NCBI GenBank assembly: GCA_030065755.1
Contig: JASJDA010000031.1
Coordinates: 4,000 to 67,999 of the forward strand
Direction: 5' to 3'
DNA from: Prochloraceae cyanobacterium
GTDB taxonomy: Bacteria > Cyanobacteriota > Cyanobacteriia > Cyanobacteriales > JASJDA01
DNA: 64,000 bases
The translations under genes were made by a program, and so were the position numbers. Below are positions 28,480 through 39,092 of the stretch, one piece after another. The notes beneath the pieces were generated by a model. It did no database searches. It was given only the letters and a program-made list of their open reading frames with translations, and had not been told where the DNA came from. The first letter of the stretch is position 1, and each line of letters begins with the position of its first letter.

Positions 28480-29619
28480 ATGTTTTACTCTAACTCTGTT
28501 GATTCACCAAACTTATTTGTCATAGAACCAAGTAACCCAGCTCGTAGTTCCACTGAAGATTTGTGTCAACTAATTGTCTCTTCAACTACAGATCTGTGGA
28601 GAAAGTTACATGGTTGTGGGGCTGTGTTATTTCGAGACTTTGACATAAAAACCCCAGAAGATTTTGAAAAAGTGGCTTTGAGCCTACTTCCGACCAAGCT
28701 AGCGAAACAATATCCTGGTGGTGCTCCAAGAAAAAAGCTAACTGAACGTGTATGGACGAGTACGTCTTTCTCTTCATATATGCCCATACCTGCTCATACT
28801 GAGCTGTCCTACTTTCCAAATATTCAACCATCCTATATTTTTTTCTATTGCTGGAAATCTCCAGAGTGGGGAGGACAGACACCAATTATCGATATGGGTT
28901 CGGTCTTAAAAGATTTACCAGCTTCATTAGTAGATAAGTGCCGTCAAAAAGCTATGGTTTACAGTATGCTTTCAACGGAAAAGCCGCAAAGATTTTTCGA
29001 CATCAGATTATTTCAGTGGCCGTGGTTTCGTAAAAGCAAAACGTGGAGTAAGACTTTTGATTCAGATAACCCCGATTTCGTAGAGAAAAAATGTCTTGCT
29101 ACCGGTCAACAAATTAAGTGGCTTGAAGCTCCAGGGAAAGATTTAATAGTTGAGACAAAAGCTCAATCAATTATTCAACATCCAATAACTGCAGAGGAAG
29201 TATGGGCTGGTTTTTCCCCTTTGTTTCATATTTGGGGTATGGCTATCGAAGCTTTATTTGTTACTTTACATCAAAGAACATTGCGCAGTTTTGTAGTGCT
29301 TTTTTTATTGTGGTTAGTTACGGTAATACAACAAATTTTCATCTGTATGTGTAATTTGTGGAATTATATCTTTAAGGACAAACTAAACTTACCATCTTGG
29401 TTTCCAGGGAATAGAAAAATATTAGATGTTTGTTTTGAAGATGGAACTTCTTTGAGACCATGTGAAGTTTTTTGGATTATAAAAGCATATTGGAAAAACA
29501 CGACAATCTTTAATTGGCGTGATGGTGATGTATTACTATTAGACAACAAACGTATTGGTCATCAGCGATTGCCATTTAAGGGAAACAGGCGCGATATATG
29601 TACGGCCTTTGCAAAATAA
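28480..29619 (+). CDS. TauD/TfdA (clavaminate-synthase-like) Fe(II)/2-oxoglutarate dioxygenase family protein
   Basis: GAVLFRDFDIKTPEDFEKV is an N-terminal signature. A candidate H-x-E facial-triad element is present (PIPAHTELSY). The distal DVLLLDNKRIGHQRLPF(K)GNR motif is also present. Confidence 0.6.
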   Translation: MFYSNSVDSPNLFVIEPSNPARSSTEDLCQLIVSSTTDLWRKLHGCGAVLFRDFDIKTPEDFEKVALSLLPTKLAKQYPGGAPRKKLTERVWTSTSFSSYMPIPAHTELSYFPNIQPSYIFFYCWKSPEWGGQTPIIDMGSVLKDLPASLVDKCRQKAMVYSMLSTEKPQRFFDIRLFQWPWFRKSKTWSKTFDSDNPDFVEKKCLATGQQIKWLEAPGKDLIVETKAQSIIQHPITAEEVWAGFSPLFHIWGMAIEALFVTLHQRTLRSFVVLFLLWLVTVIQQIFICMCNLWNYIFKDKLNLPSWFPGNRKILDVCFEDGTSLRPCEVFWIIKAYWKNTTIFNWRDGDVLLLDNKRIGHQRLPFKGNRRDICTAFAK

Positions 29620-29689
29620 TTGAAGAGCAGCCATTAAGTATACCAATTTTCAGGAATTGACTGAAGACTTAGTTAATAAGGAGGGAAAC

Positions 29690-30469
29690 ATGATGAATCT
29701 CTCACTACGCTTGGGGACGGTTGAAGATGCCGCTCGGTGTGGTAAGATTTGCTATGAGGCATTCAAAGCAATTGCTGAGCACCATAATTTCTTACCAGAT
29801 GTGTCCTCGCCCAAGGTAGGGGCAGCGAACTTTGCCAGATGGATCTCTCATCCAGGCTATTATGTAGTCGTCGCTGAGCTAGATGGTTGCATCGTTGGGA
29901 GTAATGTCCTCGACGAACGTTCGGCGATTGCTGGTGTGGGCCCCCTTATAGTCGCTCCTGCAGTTCAGAACCGCACGATCGGTCGCCAGCTCATGCTGGC
30001 GGTGCTTCAGCGAGTAGCCGAGCGAGGCCGTCCTGGTGTACGGTTGGTTCAAGCCGCCTATCACAGTCGGTCTCTCTGTTTGTATACCAAGATGGGTTTT
30101 GAAGTCCGCGAACTCCTCGTAAACTTGCAAGGACCAACCCTAGCTTTGCAGGTGCCAGGGTACACCGTGCGACAAGCGATCGAGGAGGATTTTGAAGAGT
30201 GCAATGCATTGTGTCGTCGCATTCACGGCCACGACCGGAGTGGCGAATTACTAGAAGCTATCCAGCAGGGTACAGCAACAGTAGTGCAGCAGGGGAATTA
30301 TATCACTGCTTATGCAACGGTGCTTGGTTTCTGGGGTCATGCCGTAGGAAAGAACAACATCGATATTCAGGCCCTTATTGGTGCAGCTCCAGAGTTTGTA
30401 GAACCAGGATTTATCCTGCCAGCACGTAATCGAGAGTTATTTGGTTGGTGTTTGACGCACGGTCTCTGA
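29690..30469 (+). CDS. GNAT family N-acetyltransferase (possibly truncated by an in-frame TGA; the frame continues to 30550)
   Basis: An ATG at 29690 is preceded by AAGGAGGG; the track ORF starts upstream at 29657. The GNAT motif A is VQNRTIGRQLMLAV. The composition is noticeably more GC-rich than the flanks. Confidence 0.75.
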   Translation: MMNLSLRLGTVEDAARCGKICYEAFKAIAEHHNFLPDVSSPKVGAANFARWISHPGYYVVVAELDGCIVGSNVLDERSAIAGVGPLIVAPAVQNRTIGRQLMLAVLQRVAERGRPGVRLVQAAYHSRSLCLYTKMGFEVRELLVNLQGPTLALQVPGYTVRQAIEEDFEECNALCRRIHGHDRSGELLEAIQQGTATVVQQGNYITAYATVLGFWGHAVGKNNIDIQALIGAAPEFVEPGFILPARNRELFGWCLTHGL

Positions 30470-30706
30470 GTGCGCGAGCCTCTAACGCTCATGAGCATGG
30501 GGCTCTACAACGAGCCCCAGGGAGCTTTTCTGCCCTCGATCGTTTACTAGCCCAGATCTCTGAGATATGCTTCTCAAAAATGAAGTAATTAGCGATCGCC
30601 TTCTGCTAATTTCACGAATCAAATTGGATTGTTTTGGATTGATACACATATTATTTGTTTCTTCTTCTTTGATTTTGTCAGAATTTACTTATAATTCAAA
30701 AAAATA

Positions 30707-31837
30707 ATGAATACAGTATACGACGCTATTATTATCGGTGGCGGAATAGTTGGTATTTCAATTGCTTACCATCTCGCCCTTGATGGTGCTAAGACCTTGT
30801 TGTTTGACCGCCGAGATGTTGGAAAGGCTACTGATGCAGCCGCAGGAGTTATTGGCCCTTATACAGCACCGAGCTCAATTGGGTATGGTTTAGATGCACT
30901 GTTCGATCTTGGGGTTAAAGCTGCAGAATATTATCTAACATTGAGCGAGGAGTTGGATTTAGACTCAAATACCTACGATCGATGCGGTGTATTAAAAGTG
31001 GCTGTCTCCGAAGATGAAATACAACAGCTAGAAGAGCAAAAAAGTCTGTTCCTGAAACGAAAAGAACAGATCGGCGATCTGAGTTTTCCTTCTTCCCACG
31101 AGGCAAAAGAATTATTTCCACCTTTAGCCCCAATTAAAGGAGCTATTTATACGAGTAAGGCTGCTCGCGTAGATGGTCGAAGATTTAGCCACATCCTCTA
31201 TCAGTCAGCAGAAAAACATCGGTTAACTGTCAAATCTTTGGGCGTTGAGAGCCTAATTATAGAAAGCGGTAAGGTGAGGGGTGTGGTAGCCAATGGGGAT
31301 AATTTTTATGCTGAAAAAGTTGCTATTGCTGGAGGTGCTTGGTCACGAGCATTCGAGCAACAATTAGGTATAAGCATTCCTGTTGAGCCACAACGAGCCC
31401 AGATTGTGCATCTGAGTTTACCCCATGTCAAGACAGCTAACTGGCCAATCTTAGTTACTTTCCGCGTTTATTATATTCTTTCTTGGCCCGACGGTCGATT
31501 AGTGGTGGGAGCAACTAAAGAAAGTGGATCGGGATTTAATCCACATACTACCGTAGCGGGGATCCAAGAAATACTAGGAGAAACTTTGCGCGTAGCTCCT
31601 CAACTAAAAGATGCTCGACTGTTGGAAGTGAGAGTAGGTTTACGTCCAATGACTCCCGATCTCTTGCCAGTGTTGGGAAGAGTGCCAGAGCTGGAAAACC
31701 TTTACCTTGCCACTGGACATGGTTACTCGGGTTTACTGCTAGGCCCTTATAGTGGTAAGTTGGTGGCTCAAATGATGCTCGATCGTCAGCCAGAAACCGA
31801 TTTAGCTGCTTTTGATGTCACACGATTTAGTTCCTGA
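30707..31837 (+). CDS. FAD-dependent oxidoreductase (glycine/D-amino-acid oxidase, DAO family)
   Basis: N-terminal dinucleotide-binding motif DAIIIGGGIVGISIAYHLA, a DAO-like length, and the C-terminal GHGYSGLLLGP. Confidence 0.8.
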   Translation: MNTVYDAIIIGGGIVGISIAYHLALDGAKTLLFDRRDVGKATDAAAGVIGPYTAPSSIGYGLDALFDLGVKAAEYYLTLSEELDLDSNTYDRCGVLKVAVSEDEIQQLEEQKSLFLKRKEQIGDLSFPSSHEAKELFPPLAPIKGAIYTSKAARVDGRRFSHILYQSAEKHRLTVKSLGVESLIIESGKVRGVVANGDNFYAEKVAIAGGAWSRAFEQQLGISIPVEPQRAQIVHLSLPHVKTANWPILVTFRVYYILSWPDGRLVVGATKESGSGFNPHTTVAGIQEILGETLRVAPQLKDARLLEVRVGLRPMTPDLLPVLGRVPELENLYLATGHGYSGLLLGPYSGKLVAQMMLDRQPETDLAAFDVTRFSS

Positions 31838-31865
31838 TTTAGTGAGAAAGAATTGAAAGGAAGAT

Positions 31866-31905
31866 AAAAAGCGGTAGAAAAGGAAATTTTTCTACCGCTT
31901 TTTAT
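31866..31905. terminator. bidirectional rho-independent terminator hairpin
   Basis: In AAAAAGCGGTAGAAAAGGAAATTTTTCTACCGCTTTTTATTT, an 11-12 bp perfect stem is flanked by an A-run and a T-run. It lies between the convergent FAD oxidoreductase and clpC genes. Confidence 0.75.
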
Positions 31906-31950
31906 TTAAAGTGTGATATTAGTTCTAATGAACTAACTCAGCTATCGATT

Positions 31951-34422
31951 TCAGTCAGCTTTAGTCAAGATTGGCTGTTGTTCTTTTTCAACGTGGAATA
32001 CTTTGACTTTACCTTCTTCATCGATATCAACCTTAGCTTCATCCCCTTCACCAAGACGACCGGAGAGGATTTCCTCTGCCAAAACGTCTTCTAAGAGGCG
32101 CATAATGGCTCGACGCAAGGGTCTTGCACCGTAGGAAGGATTGTAACCTTCTTCTACTAAGCGATCTTTGAATTTCTCGGTAACTTCGAGAGTAATCTCC
32201 TGTTCGGTAAGGCGTGTAAATACGTCTTTGAGCAGAATATCGGCGATCTCCTTGACTTCTTCCTTGGAAAGTTGGCGGAAGACAATGATTTCGTCTAAAC
32301 GGTTGAGGAACTCTGGACGGAAGTATTGTTTTAACTCCTCATTTACCAGAGAGCGAATGCGGTTGTATTGAGTTTCTGCACCATCTTCACCCAACTCGAA
32401 ACCGATACCACCGCCACCTTTCTCAATGACTTTAGAACCAATATTAGAGGTCATAATCAATAGAGTATTTTTGAAGTCTACTGTACGACCTTTAGCATCG
32501 GTGAGGCGACCGTCTTCTAAGATTTGCAGCAGCAAGTTGAAAACGTCTGGGTGTGCTTTTTCAATTTCGTCGAATAGCACTACAGTGTAGGGACGACGGC
32601 GCACCGCTTCAGTGAGCTGACCGCCTTCGTTGTAGCCTACATATCCTGGAGGAGAACCAATCAGTTTAGAAACTGTGTGGCGTTCCATGTATTCCGACAT
32701 ATCTAGGCGCACCATTGCATCTTCAGAACCGAAGAAGTAAGCAGCCAAAGATTTAGTTAGCTCGGTTTTACCTACACCAGTTGGCCCAGAGAAGATAAAG
32801 CTAGCAATGGGTCGGTTGGGATTTTTCAAACCAACTCTGGCGCGACGAATAGCGCGAGAGACGGCTTTTACTGCATCTTCTTGACCGATGAGACGCTGGT
32901 GCAGAGTGTCTTCCATGTGCAACAGCTTCTCAGATTCAGACTCGGTAAGTTTGTTAACTGGAATACCAGTCCAAGCAGCAACTACGTGAGCAATTTCCTC
33001 TGAATCTACGAATGGAGAGTCAGTGTCAGTTTCTTCTTTTTTCTTAGCAGAAGCGATCGCGCGAATTTGGCCTTTGATTTCCATTTCGCGATCGCGCAGT
33101 TCTCCAGCTTTATCGAAGTCTTGCGCTCTCACTGCATCGTCTTTCTGTTTGAGTATCTGACGCAGTTCTTTGTCTAACTCTTTAGCTGCTGGGGGCAACT
33201 GAGAGTTAAGCAAACGTACCCGCGATCCCGCTTCGTCAATGAGGTCAATTGCTTTGTCTGGCAAGTAACGATCGGAAATATAGCGATCGCTAAGTTTGGC
33301 CGCCGCTTCTAGAGCTTCGTCTAAGATTTTTAGTTTGTGGTGTTGCTCGTAGCGTTCCCGCAAACCGAAGAGAATTTCAATTGTTTCTTCTACGGTTGGC
33401 TCTCCTACCATTACTGGTTGGAAACGACGTTCTAGAGCTGCATCTCGTTCGATGTGCTTGCGGTATTCGTCTAGGGTGGTTGCACCGATGCACTGCAATT
33501 CTCCTCTTGCCAAAGCTGGCTTGAGAATATTTGCTGCGTCGATCGCGCCTTCTGCTGCACCCGCACCTATCAAGGTATGAACTTCGTCAATGACCAGGAT
33601 CACATTTCCTGCTTGACGAATTTCGTCCATAATTTTCTTAAGACGTTCTTCAAATTCTCCTCGATATTTGGTGCCTGCTACTAGCAAACCAATATCTAGA
33701 GTTACAACCCTTTTTTCTTCTAGAATGTCGGGGATATCTTTGTTAGCAATGCGTTGGGCGAGTCCTTCAGCGATGGCTGTTTTACCAACCCCTGGTTCGC
33801 CGATCAAAACAGGATTATTTTTGGTACGACGACCCAAAATTTGGATTACTCGCTCAATTTCCTTAAGCCTTCCTACTACTGGATCTAATTTGCCTTCTCC
33901 TGCCATTTGAGTCAGGTTAGAGCCAAATTCGTCCAAAGTTGGGGTTTTGTTGCGACCTCCAGCCCCAGGAGTTGCTGCGACTTCTGCTGTTTCTCCCAGC
34001 ATCCGGATAACTTGAGTGCGAACTTTAGACAGGTCTACGCCTAAATTTTCCAGTACTCTAGCCGCTACACCTTCTCCTTCACGAATCAAACCGAGAAGTA
34101 AGTGTTCGGTGCCAATGTAATTATGTCCGAGTTGGCGAGCTTCTTCTAAAGACAACTCTAAAACTCTTTTAGCTCTGGGGGTGAAAGGTATTTCCACCGC
34201 TACAAAACCAGAACCGCGACCAATAATTTTTTCTACTTCTATGCGAGCATCTTTAAGATTTACTCCCATAGATTTTAGTACTTTGGCAGCGACACCTGTT
34301 CCTTCTCCGATTAAACCGAGAAGAATTTGTTCAGTGCCGACAAAGTTATGCCCCAGGCGACGTGCTTCCTCCTGGGCTAGCATTATCACCTTAATGGCTT
34401 TTTCTGTGAAGCGTTCAAACAT
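31951..34422 (-). CDS. clpC: ATP-dependent Clp protease ATP-binding subunit ClpC
   Basis: Two Clp_N repeats and two AAA+ modules (GEPGVGKT and GPTGVGKT Walker A motifs) with a UVR-like linker. Length 823 aa. Confidence 0.95.
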   Translation of the reverse strand: MFERFTEKAIKVIMLAQEEARRLGHNFVGTEQILLGLIGEGTGVAAKVLKSMGVNLKDARIEVEKIIGRGSGFVAVEIPFTPRAKRVLELSLEEARQLGHNYIGTEHLLLGLIREGEGVAARVLENLGVDLSKVRTQVIRMLGETAEVAATPGAGGRNKTPTLDEFGSNLTQMAGEGKLDPVVGRLKEIERVIQILGRRTKNNPVLIGEPGVGKTAIAEGLAQRIANKDIPDILEEKRVVTLDIGLLVAGTKYRGEFEERLKKIMDEIRQAGNVILVIDEVHTLIGAGAAEGAIDAANILKPALARGELQCIGATTLDEYRKHIERDAALERRFQPVMVGEPTVEETIEILFGLRERYEQHHKLKILDEALEAAAKLSDRYISDRYLPDKAIDLIDEAGSRVRLLNSQLPPAAKELDKELRQILKQKDDAVRAQDFDKAGELRDREMEIKGQIRAIASAKKKEETDTDSPFVDSEEIAHVVAAWTGIPVNKLTESESEKLLHMEDTLHQRLIGQEDAVKAVSRAIRRARVGLKNPNRPIASFIFSGPTGVGKTELTKSLAAYFFGSEDAMVRLDMSEYMERHTVSKLIGSPPGYVGYNEGGQLTEAVRRRPYTVVLFDEIEKAHPDVFNLLLQILEDGRLTDAKGRTVDFKNTLLIMTSNIGSKVIEKGGGGIGFELGEDGAETQYNRIRSLVNEELKQYFRPEFLNRLDEIIVFRQLSKEEVKEIADILLKDVFTRLTEQEITLEVTEKFKDRLVEEGYNPSYGARPLRRAIMRLLEDVLAEEILSGRLGEGDEAKVDIDEEGKVKVFHVEKEQQPILTKAD

Positions 34423-34604
34423 GGTCTTTCCATCACCTGCTGCGTGCCCGTGTATGCTGATTCTAGCATAGGCTAAGTTTCGCGCTGTTAATTAGGGTAC
34501 AGCCCGAAGAAAAAAAATATATTACTCAGAAAAATATTCTGAACTTTTAACTGCAGGGAAAAACCAATCGCTTCTCCACCAGATGCCTTAATTCATTTAT
34601 TCTC

Positions 34605-35159
34605 TCACATGACGATTTTCCATTGGTTTTGCCTCAGTCGTTTGTCAACTCGATCGCGCCAAATTTTCAAATCGCGGATAAATTCGGATTGGTCTAAATC
34701 GCCGCGCCAGAGAATTAGGGCATCCTCGCCAGTTTTTGGATAATATCTTTTGCGCTTCCCTGCAGTTTTAAAGCCAAATTTTCGGTACAGAGATAGAGCC
34801 ACAAAATTTGACTCCCTAACTTCGAGAGTCGCTCTTTTTAGCTTACGCCCAATTGCATCCTTTAGTAAAGCACACAGTAGTAGTTGTCCCATTCCTCGAC
34901 CTTGATAGTCTGGATGAACTGCCAAAATAGTGATATGAGCTTCGTCTAAAATTGCCCAAAAACAACCTATTCCTATTATGGAACTTGGTTCATTATTTTT
35001 AGTTACCGAAATCACCAGCAAAGTACTATTGGGACTAGATAATTCTCTCTGATAACCATCTAAACTCCACAGTCCGCCAAAACATATTTTGTCTAAGCTG
35101 ACAACTTGTTCTAATTGGTCTGCTGCTAGGGGCTTAAGCTGAAGTTCTAATAATGTCAC
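34605..35159 (-). CDS. rimI: ribosomal-protein-alanine N-acetyltransferase (RimI-type GNAT)
   Basis: GNAT core HPDYQGRGMGQLLL and LEVRESNFVALSLYRKFGF. Confidence 0.75.
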   Translation of the reverse strand: MTLLELQLKPLAADQLEQVVSLDKICFGGLWSLDGYQRELSSPNSTLLVISVTKNNEPSSIIGIGCFWAILDEAHITILAVHPDYQGRGMGQLLLCALLKDAIGRKLKRATLEVRESNFVALSLYRKFGFKTAGKRKRYYPKTGEDALILWRGDLDQSEFIRDLKIWRDRVDKRLRQNQWKIVM

Positions 35160-35303
35160 GGTATTTAATTATACACTATCTAATAGTAAGCTAGGCATGG
35201 AGTCGAGGACGGAGTTTCTTGCTATCCTTCCCAGGACAATAAAAATCCAGGCTATTCGACTATTCACGCTCGAGCTTCCCCCATAAAAGGAAAAAATAAG
35301 ATT

Positions 35304-36713
35304 TTGCTATCGATGAATCTCACAGAGCCTAATTGCGGACTTAAATATCTACCATCAACTAGTTCTTCCCAATCCAAACCTCGATCGCCCAATCAAGAAC
35401 TTCTCCCTCTCACTGCCAAAGTTAACAGCCGCGACTGTCTCGAAATTGGCGGCTGCGACATAACAACTTTGGTGGAAAAATTTGGCTCTCCCCTCTACGT
35501 CTTAGATGAGTTTACCCTAAGAACTGCCTGCCGTCAGTTTCGAGATGCCTTTAAAACCTACTATCCAGGAGAATCTCAAGTCATCTATGCCTCTAAAGCT
35601 TGGAATTGTTTGGCTGTTTGTCACATTGTTAGCAGCGAGGGTTTGGGTTTAGATGTAGCCTCTGGAGGAGAACTTTACACGGCGCTGAAAGCAGGAGTCA
35701 GTCCTGAAAAAATTTATCTCCACGGAAACAATAAATCTGTCGGCGAGCTGAGCTTAGCAATTGAAAATAATTGTACGATAATCGTTGATAACTGGCTTGA
35801 GTTAAAAACATTAGCTCAAATTGGTCTCGATCGGCCAGAAACAGGGCCAATAAGCATAATGGTCAGGTTAACTCCTGGAATCGAGTGCCACACTCACGAG
35901 TATATTCGCACCGGACACATAGACAGTAAGTTTGGCTTCGATCCCAACGATATGGACGAAGTTTTTATCTTTATCAGCAAGCAACCTCAGCTCAATTTGA
36001 CTGGCTTACACGCCCATATTGGCTCGCAAATTTTTGAGTTGCAACCCCATCGAGACTTGGGGGAAGTTTTAGCGGAGTGGATGAAAAAAGCTGGCGATCG
36101 CGGCTTAAAAATAACAGAATTAAATGTAGGTTGCGGTTTGGGCATTCGCTACACTGAAACTGACGATCCACCCAGTATCGAAGAATGGGTAAAAACAGTT
36201 TCAGAAGGAGTGGTTGCTGCTTGTAAATCTCGTCAATTACCTTTACCCAAGCTGTTCTCCGAGCCAGGGAGAAGTTTGATCGGCTCTTCTTGTGTCACTG
36301 CTTATACGGTGGGTAATCGCAAAACAGTTCCCGATATTCGTACTTATGTGGCAATAGACGGGGGTATGTCCGATAATCCTCGTCCAATTACCTATGAATC
36401 TCTTTATCGAGCAGTAGTTGCTAATCGGATGTCCGATCCCCTGAAAGAGAAAGTGACAATTGCTGGAAAACACTGCGAGTCAGGAGATGTTCTGATTAAA
36501 GATTATCAGTTACCCGAAACAACTCCAGGAGATATCCTAGTGGTTATGGGCACAGGAGCCTACAATTACAGTATGGCATCTAACTACAATCGCTTGCCTC
36601 GATCGGGGGCAGTTCTAGTCAGCGAGGGAGAAGCTAACCTCATACTACAAAGAGAAACTTACGAAGATTTACTCAGGCAAGACTTATTGCCTGAACGATT
36701 GGTCATTGATTAA
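35304..36713 (+). CDS. lysA: diaminopimelate decarboxylase
   Basis: PLP-lysine region (IYASKAWN), HIGSQ, EPGRSL and CESGD motifs. The start is either the TTG at 35304 or the ATG at 35313. Confidence 0.92.
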   Translation: MLSMNLTEPNCGLKYLPSTSSSQSKPRSPNQELLPLTAKVNSRDCLEIGGCDITTLVEKFGSPLYVLDEFTLRTACRQFRDAFKTYYPGESQVIYASKAWNCLAVCHIVSSEGLGLDVASGGELYTALKAGVSPEKIYLHGNNKSVGELSLAIENNCTIIVDNWLELKTLAQIGLDRPETGPISIMVRLTPGIECHTHEYIRTGHIDSKFGFDPNDMDEVFIFISKQPQLNLTGLHAHIGSQIFELQPHRDLGEVLAEWMKKAGDRGLKITELNVGCGLGIRYTETDDPPSIEEWVKTVSEGVVAACKSRQLPLPKLFSEPGRSLIGSSCVTAYTVGNRKTVPDIRTYVAIDGGMSDNPRPITYESLYRAVVANRMSDPLKEKVTIAGKHCESGDVLIKDYQLPETTPGDILVVMGTGAYNYSMASNYNRLPRSGAVLVSEGEANLILQRETYEDLLRQDLLPERLVID

Positions 36714-36824
36714 AACTAAATTCTTTATAAAGATCTCGATGTACCATAAGACATGAGTCAAACTTATACTGCTCAATTGGTCAAGTATAAAGATAGTGGG
36801 AAAAGCTCATATGAGTAGTATTGA

Positions 36825-37254
36825 CCAAAAATTTAGGTTTAAAGCCCCGCCCTTTTAGGGCGGGTTTGCTAGAACTTTAATACTAATGGTTTTAGATCTA
36901 GGTAAAGATTTAAGTGAAATGTTTTATACTTGTAGACTATAACAGGAAAGGCGATCGACCTGTATAAAAACCTAGATATCGCGCTCGATATCGCGTACAT
37001 CGACAACTTAAGATATGGGGTTCAATCCAGTAGTCTCGGGTTTTTCCGTGGAAAGGTAAAATCTTATAGGAAGCCGAGTGAGTAGTAAACTTTTGTCAAA
37101 TCAAACTACTAAAATACCGTGGGGCGCACGGAAATCCATGCTTGAGGAGTAAGTTGAAAAGCTTAGTATGAACGTGTAATACCAGCAGTAGAGGCGACTC
37201 GAACGGGTAGTGTTCAGCCCAAGAATCCCCTTCCTCGAAGGACGGGGAGCGTCA
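36825..37254 (+). mobile_element. probable short IS200/IS605-derived element (boundaries approximate)
   Basis: A left hairpin AAAGCC-CCGCCC-TTTTA-GGGCGG lies at 36841-36868. A right-end motif GAATCC-CCTTCC-TCGAA-GGACGG-GGAGCGTCA lies at 37223-37254. Both match the architecture of the tnpB element ends. No ORF is present. Confidence 0.4.
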
Positions 37255-37318
37255 AAGTGTAAACTGATTGCCTCTTCGTTCTCCCAAACCACCATCTAAC
37301 TGAGACTATTAGAGTTAA

Positions 37319-38251
37319 ATGCCGCCTCCGTCGGGTTCTCCTGCTGACCATAGCTGGATTCAGCCCTCCTGGCTGCTTTACAGCGTTGATATTGGCTTAG
37401 TTCTAGCCCTAACTTATTGGGTACTACTCCTTATTGGAGAACGTCGTACCCTGTGGATGGTTCGAGGATTAATAGTGTTAGTGCTAGCCGCAGCAGTGAG
37501 TAGAGAACTGGAGCTAACACTGCTCAATTTTGTCCTCGATAAGATGGTTCTGGGCTCGGCTGTAGCTATGGCAGTCATTTTTCAATCCCAGTTTCGTCGA
37601 TTTTTAGAACAGTTAGGAAGGGGGGAAATTATTCAGTTATTTCGCCCTAACAGAAGTGCAATTCCCAAGGCTGACAGCGCGATCGATGAAATTGTAGATG
37701 CTGTCAAAGAACTGTCTCAAAATAGAACTGGGGCATTGATTGTTATGGAAACAATTACGCCAATAGATGATGAAACTTTTTCGGTTCCAGGAGTTCTCAT
37801 AAATGCTGAAATTTCCAAGGAACTCTTGCAAACTATTTTTCAGACAACAACTTTATTGCACGATGGTGCTGTCTTGATTCGCGGTTCTCGTATTATTGCT
37901 GCTGGCGCAATTTTACCCCTTTCCGAACGTAAGGCATCCCGACAATTAGGGACGCGCCACCGCGCAGCAATGGGAATTACCGAAAAAGTTACAGACTGCT
38001 TGAGCGTAGTAGTTTCAGAAGAGACTGGTTCTATTTCTCTGGCTGAGGCAGGTACTCTCAATCGACCTTTAACTAGCAGTAAACTGAAAGAGTTACTAGA
38101 AACTAGATTTTCCCCTGTTGTCGAACGCCGCCAGGGAGTGCCAGTTCCGGCTGGTATCGACAGTCTGAGTCGCAAAATTGGCTCTCAGGGAAAAGCTATG
38201 TTCCGGCGGATATTTCGCCTTTCGTCATCGGCCTCAAAAGATAAGAAATGA
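37319..38251 (+). CDS. cdaA: diadenylate cyclase CdaA
   Basis: Three N-terminal TM helices are followed by a DAC domain with the DGAVLIRG and GTRHRAA motifs. Confidence 0.85.
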   Translation: MPPPSGSPADHSWIQPSWLLYSVDIGLVLALTYWVLLLIGERRTLWMVRGLIVLVLAAAVSRELELTLLNFVLDKMVLGSAVAMAVIFQSQFRRFLEQLGRGEIIQLFRPNRSAIPKADSAIDEIVDAVKELSQNRTGALIVMETITPIDDETFSVPGVLINAEISKELLQTIFQTTTLLHDGAVLIRGSRIIAAGAILPLSERKASRQLGTRHRAAMGITEKVTDCLSVVVSEETGSISLAEAGTLNRPLTSSKLKELLETRFSPVVERRQGVPVPAGIDSLSRKIGSQGKAMFRRIFRLSSSASKDKK

Positions 38252-38997
38252 CTCAATCCCCAACAGTATTAAAGGAGTTACCACTCGATCTTGACAGAAA
38301 CCGCTTGCCCAAACACGTGGCGGTAATTATGGATGGCAATGGTCGTTGGGCATCCCGTCGAGGACTACCTCGAATTGTCGGTCATCAAAGAGGAGTAGAT
38401 ACTCTAAAAAATTTGCTGCGCTGCTGTAGAGACTGGAAAATTCCTGCCCTGACTGCCTATGCTTTTTCTACGGAAAATTGGGGTCGTCCGCGAGAAGAAG
38501 TGCAATTTTTAATGACTTTATTTGAAAGAGTTTTACGGCGCGAACTTCAGGAAATGATCGAGGAAAATGTCGTAATTCGCTTTGTAGGTAATTTGGAAGT
38601 TCTACCCCGATCGCTTCAAGATGAAATTCAAAAATCCACCGAAGACACTAAAAATAATGGGGGAATTCAGTTTACTGTTGCTACTAATTACGGAGGACGG
38701 CAAGAAATTTTACACGCTTGTCGCTCGATCGCTAGTCAGGTACAACAGGGTAAAATTTGCCTCGATGAGATAAATGAAGAATTATTCGAGCAGCATCTTT
38801 ATACCGCTGGAATTTCTAACCCCGATTTACTAATTCGCACTAGTGGAGAAATGCGAATTAGTAATTTTTTGCTGTGGCAAATTGCTTATGCTGAAATCTA
38901 TGTTACCTCTACTCTCTGGCCAGATTTCGATCGCGTTGAGTTTCACAAAGCTCTTTCAGCATATCAACAGCGCGATCGTCGTTTTGGTAAATTGTAG
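38248..38997 (+). CDS. uppS: isoprenyl transferase (undecaprenyl diphosphate synthase)
   Basis: [20 protein letters not shown], and [15 protein letters not shown]. It has a 4-nt ATGA overlap with cdaA. Confidence 0.93.
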   Translation: MTQSPTVLKELPLDLDRNRLPKHVAVIMDGNGRWASRRGLPRIVGHQRGVDTLKNLLRCCRDWKIPALTAYAFSTENWGRPREEVQFLMTLFERVLRRELQEMIEENVVIRFVGNLEVLPRSLQDEIQKSTEDTKNNGGIQFTVATNYGGRQEILHACRSIASQVQQGKICLDEINEELFEQHLYTAGISNPDLLIRTSGEMRISNFLLWQIAYAEIYVTSTLWPDFDRVEFHKALSAYQQRDRRFGKL

Positions 38998-39004
38998 ATT
39001 TTGA

Positions 39005-39074
39005 GGGAATAGGGAACAGGGAATAGGGAATAGGGAATAGGGAATAGGGAATAGGGAATAGGGAATAGGGAACA
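39005..39074. repeat. tandem heptamer array (GGGAATA/GGGAACA) x10
   Basis: Ten contiguous 7-nt units counted by hand, immediately downstream of uppS. Confidence 0.9.
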
Positions 39075-39092
39075 GAGGAAAGGTTAAAGTAT

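Noticed and set aside
32168-34471. + strand ORFs inside clpC
   Set aside because: They are shadows of a strongly supported 823-aa ClpC on the minus strand.
37017-37030. tRNA-like T-loop (GGGGTTCAATCC) in the lysA-cdaA spacer
   Set aside because: There is no complementary T-stem 3' strand, acceptor stem or anticodon arm nearby.
39005-39074. CRISPR array (also considered for 24359-24421, 52365-52404 and 58801-58835)
   Set aside because: All are contiguous tandem repeats of 7-22 bp units with no unique spacers, and no cas genes are present.
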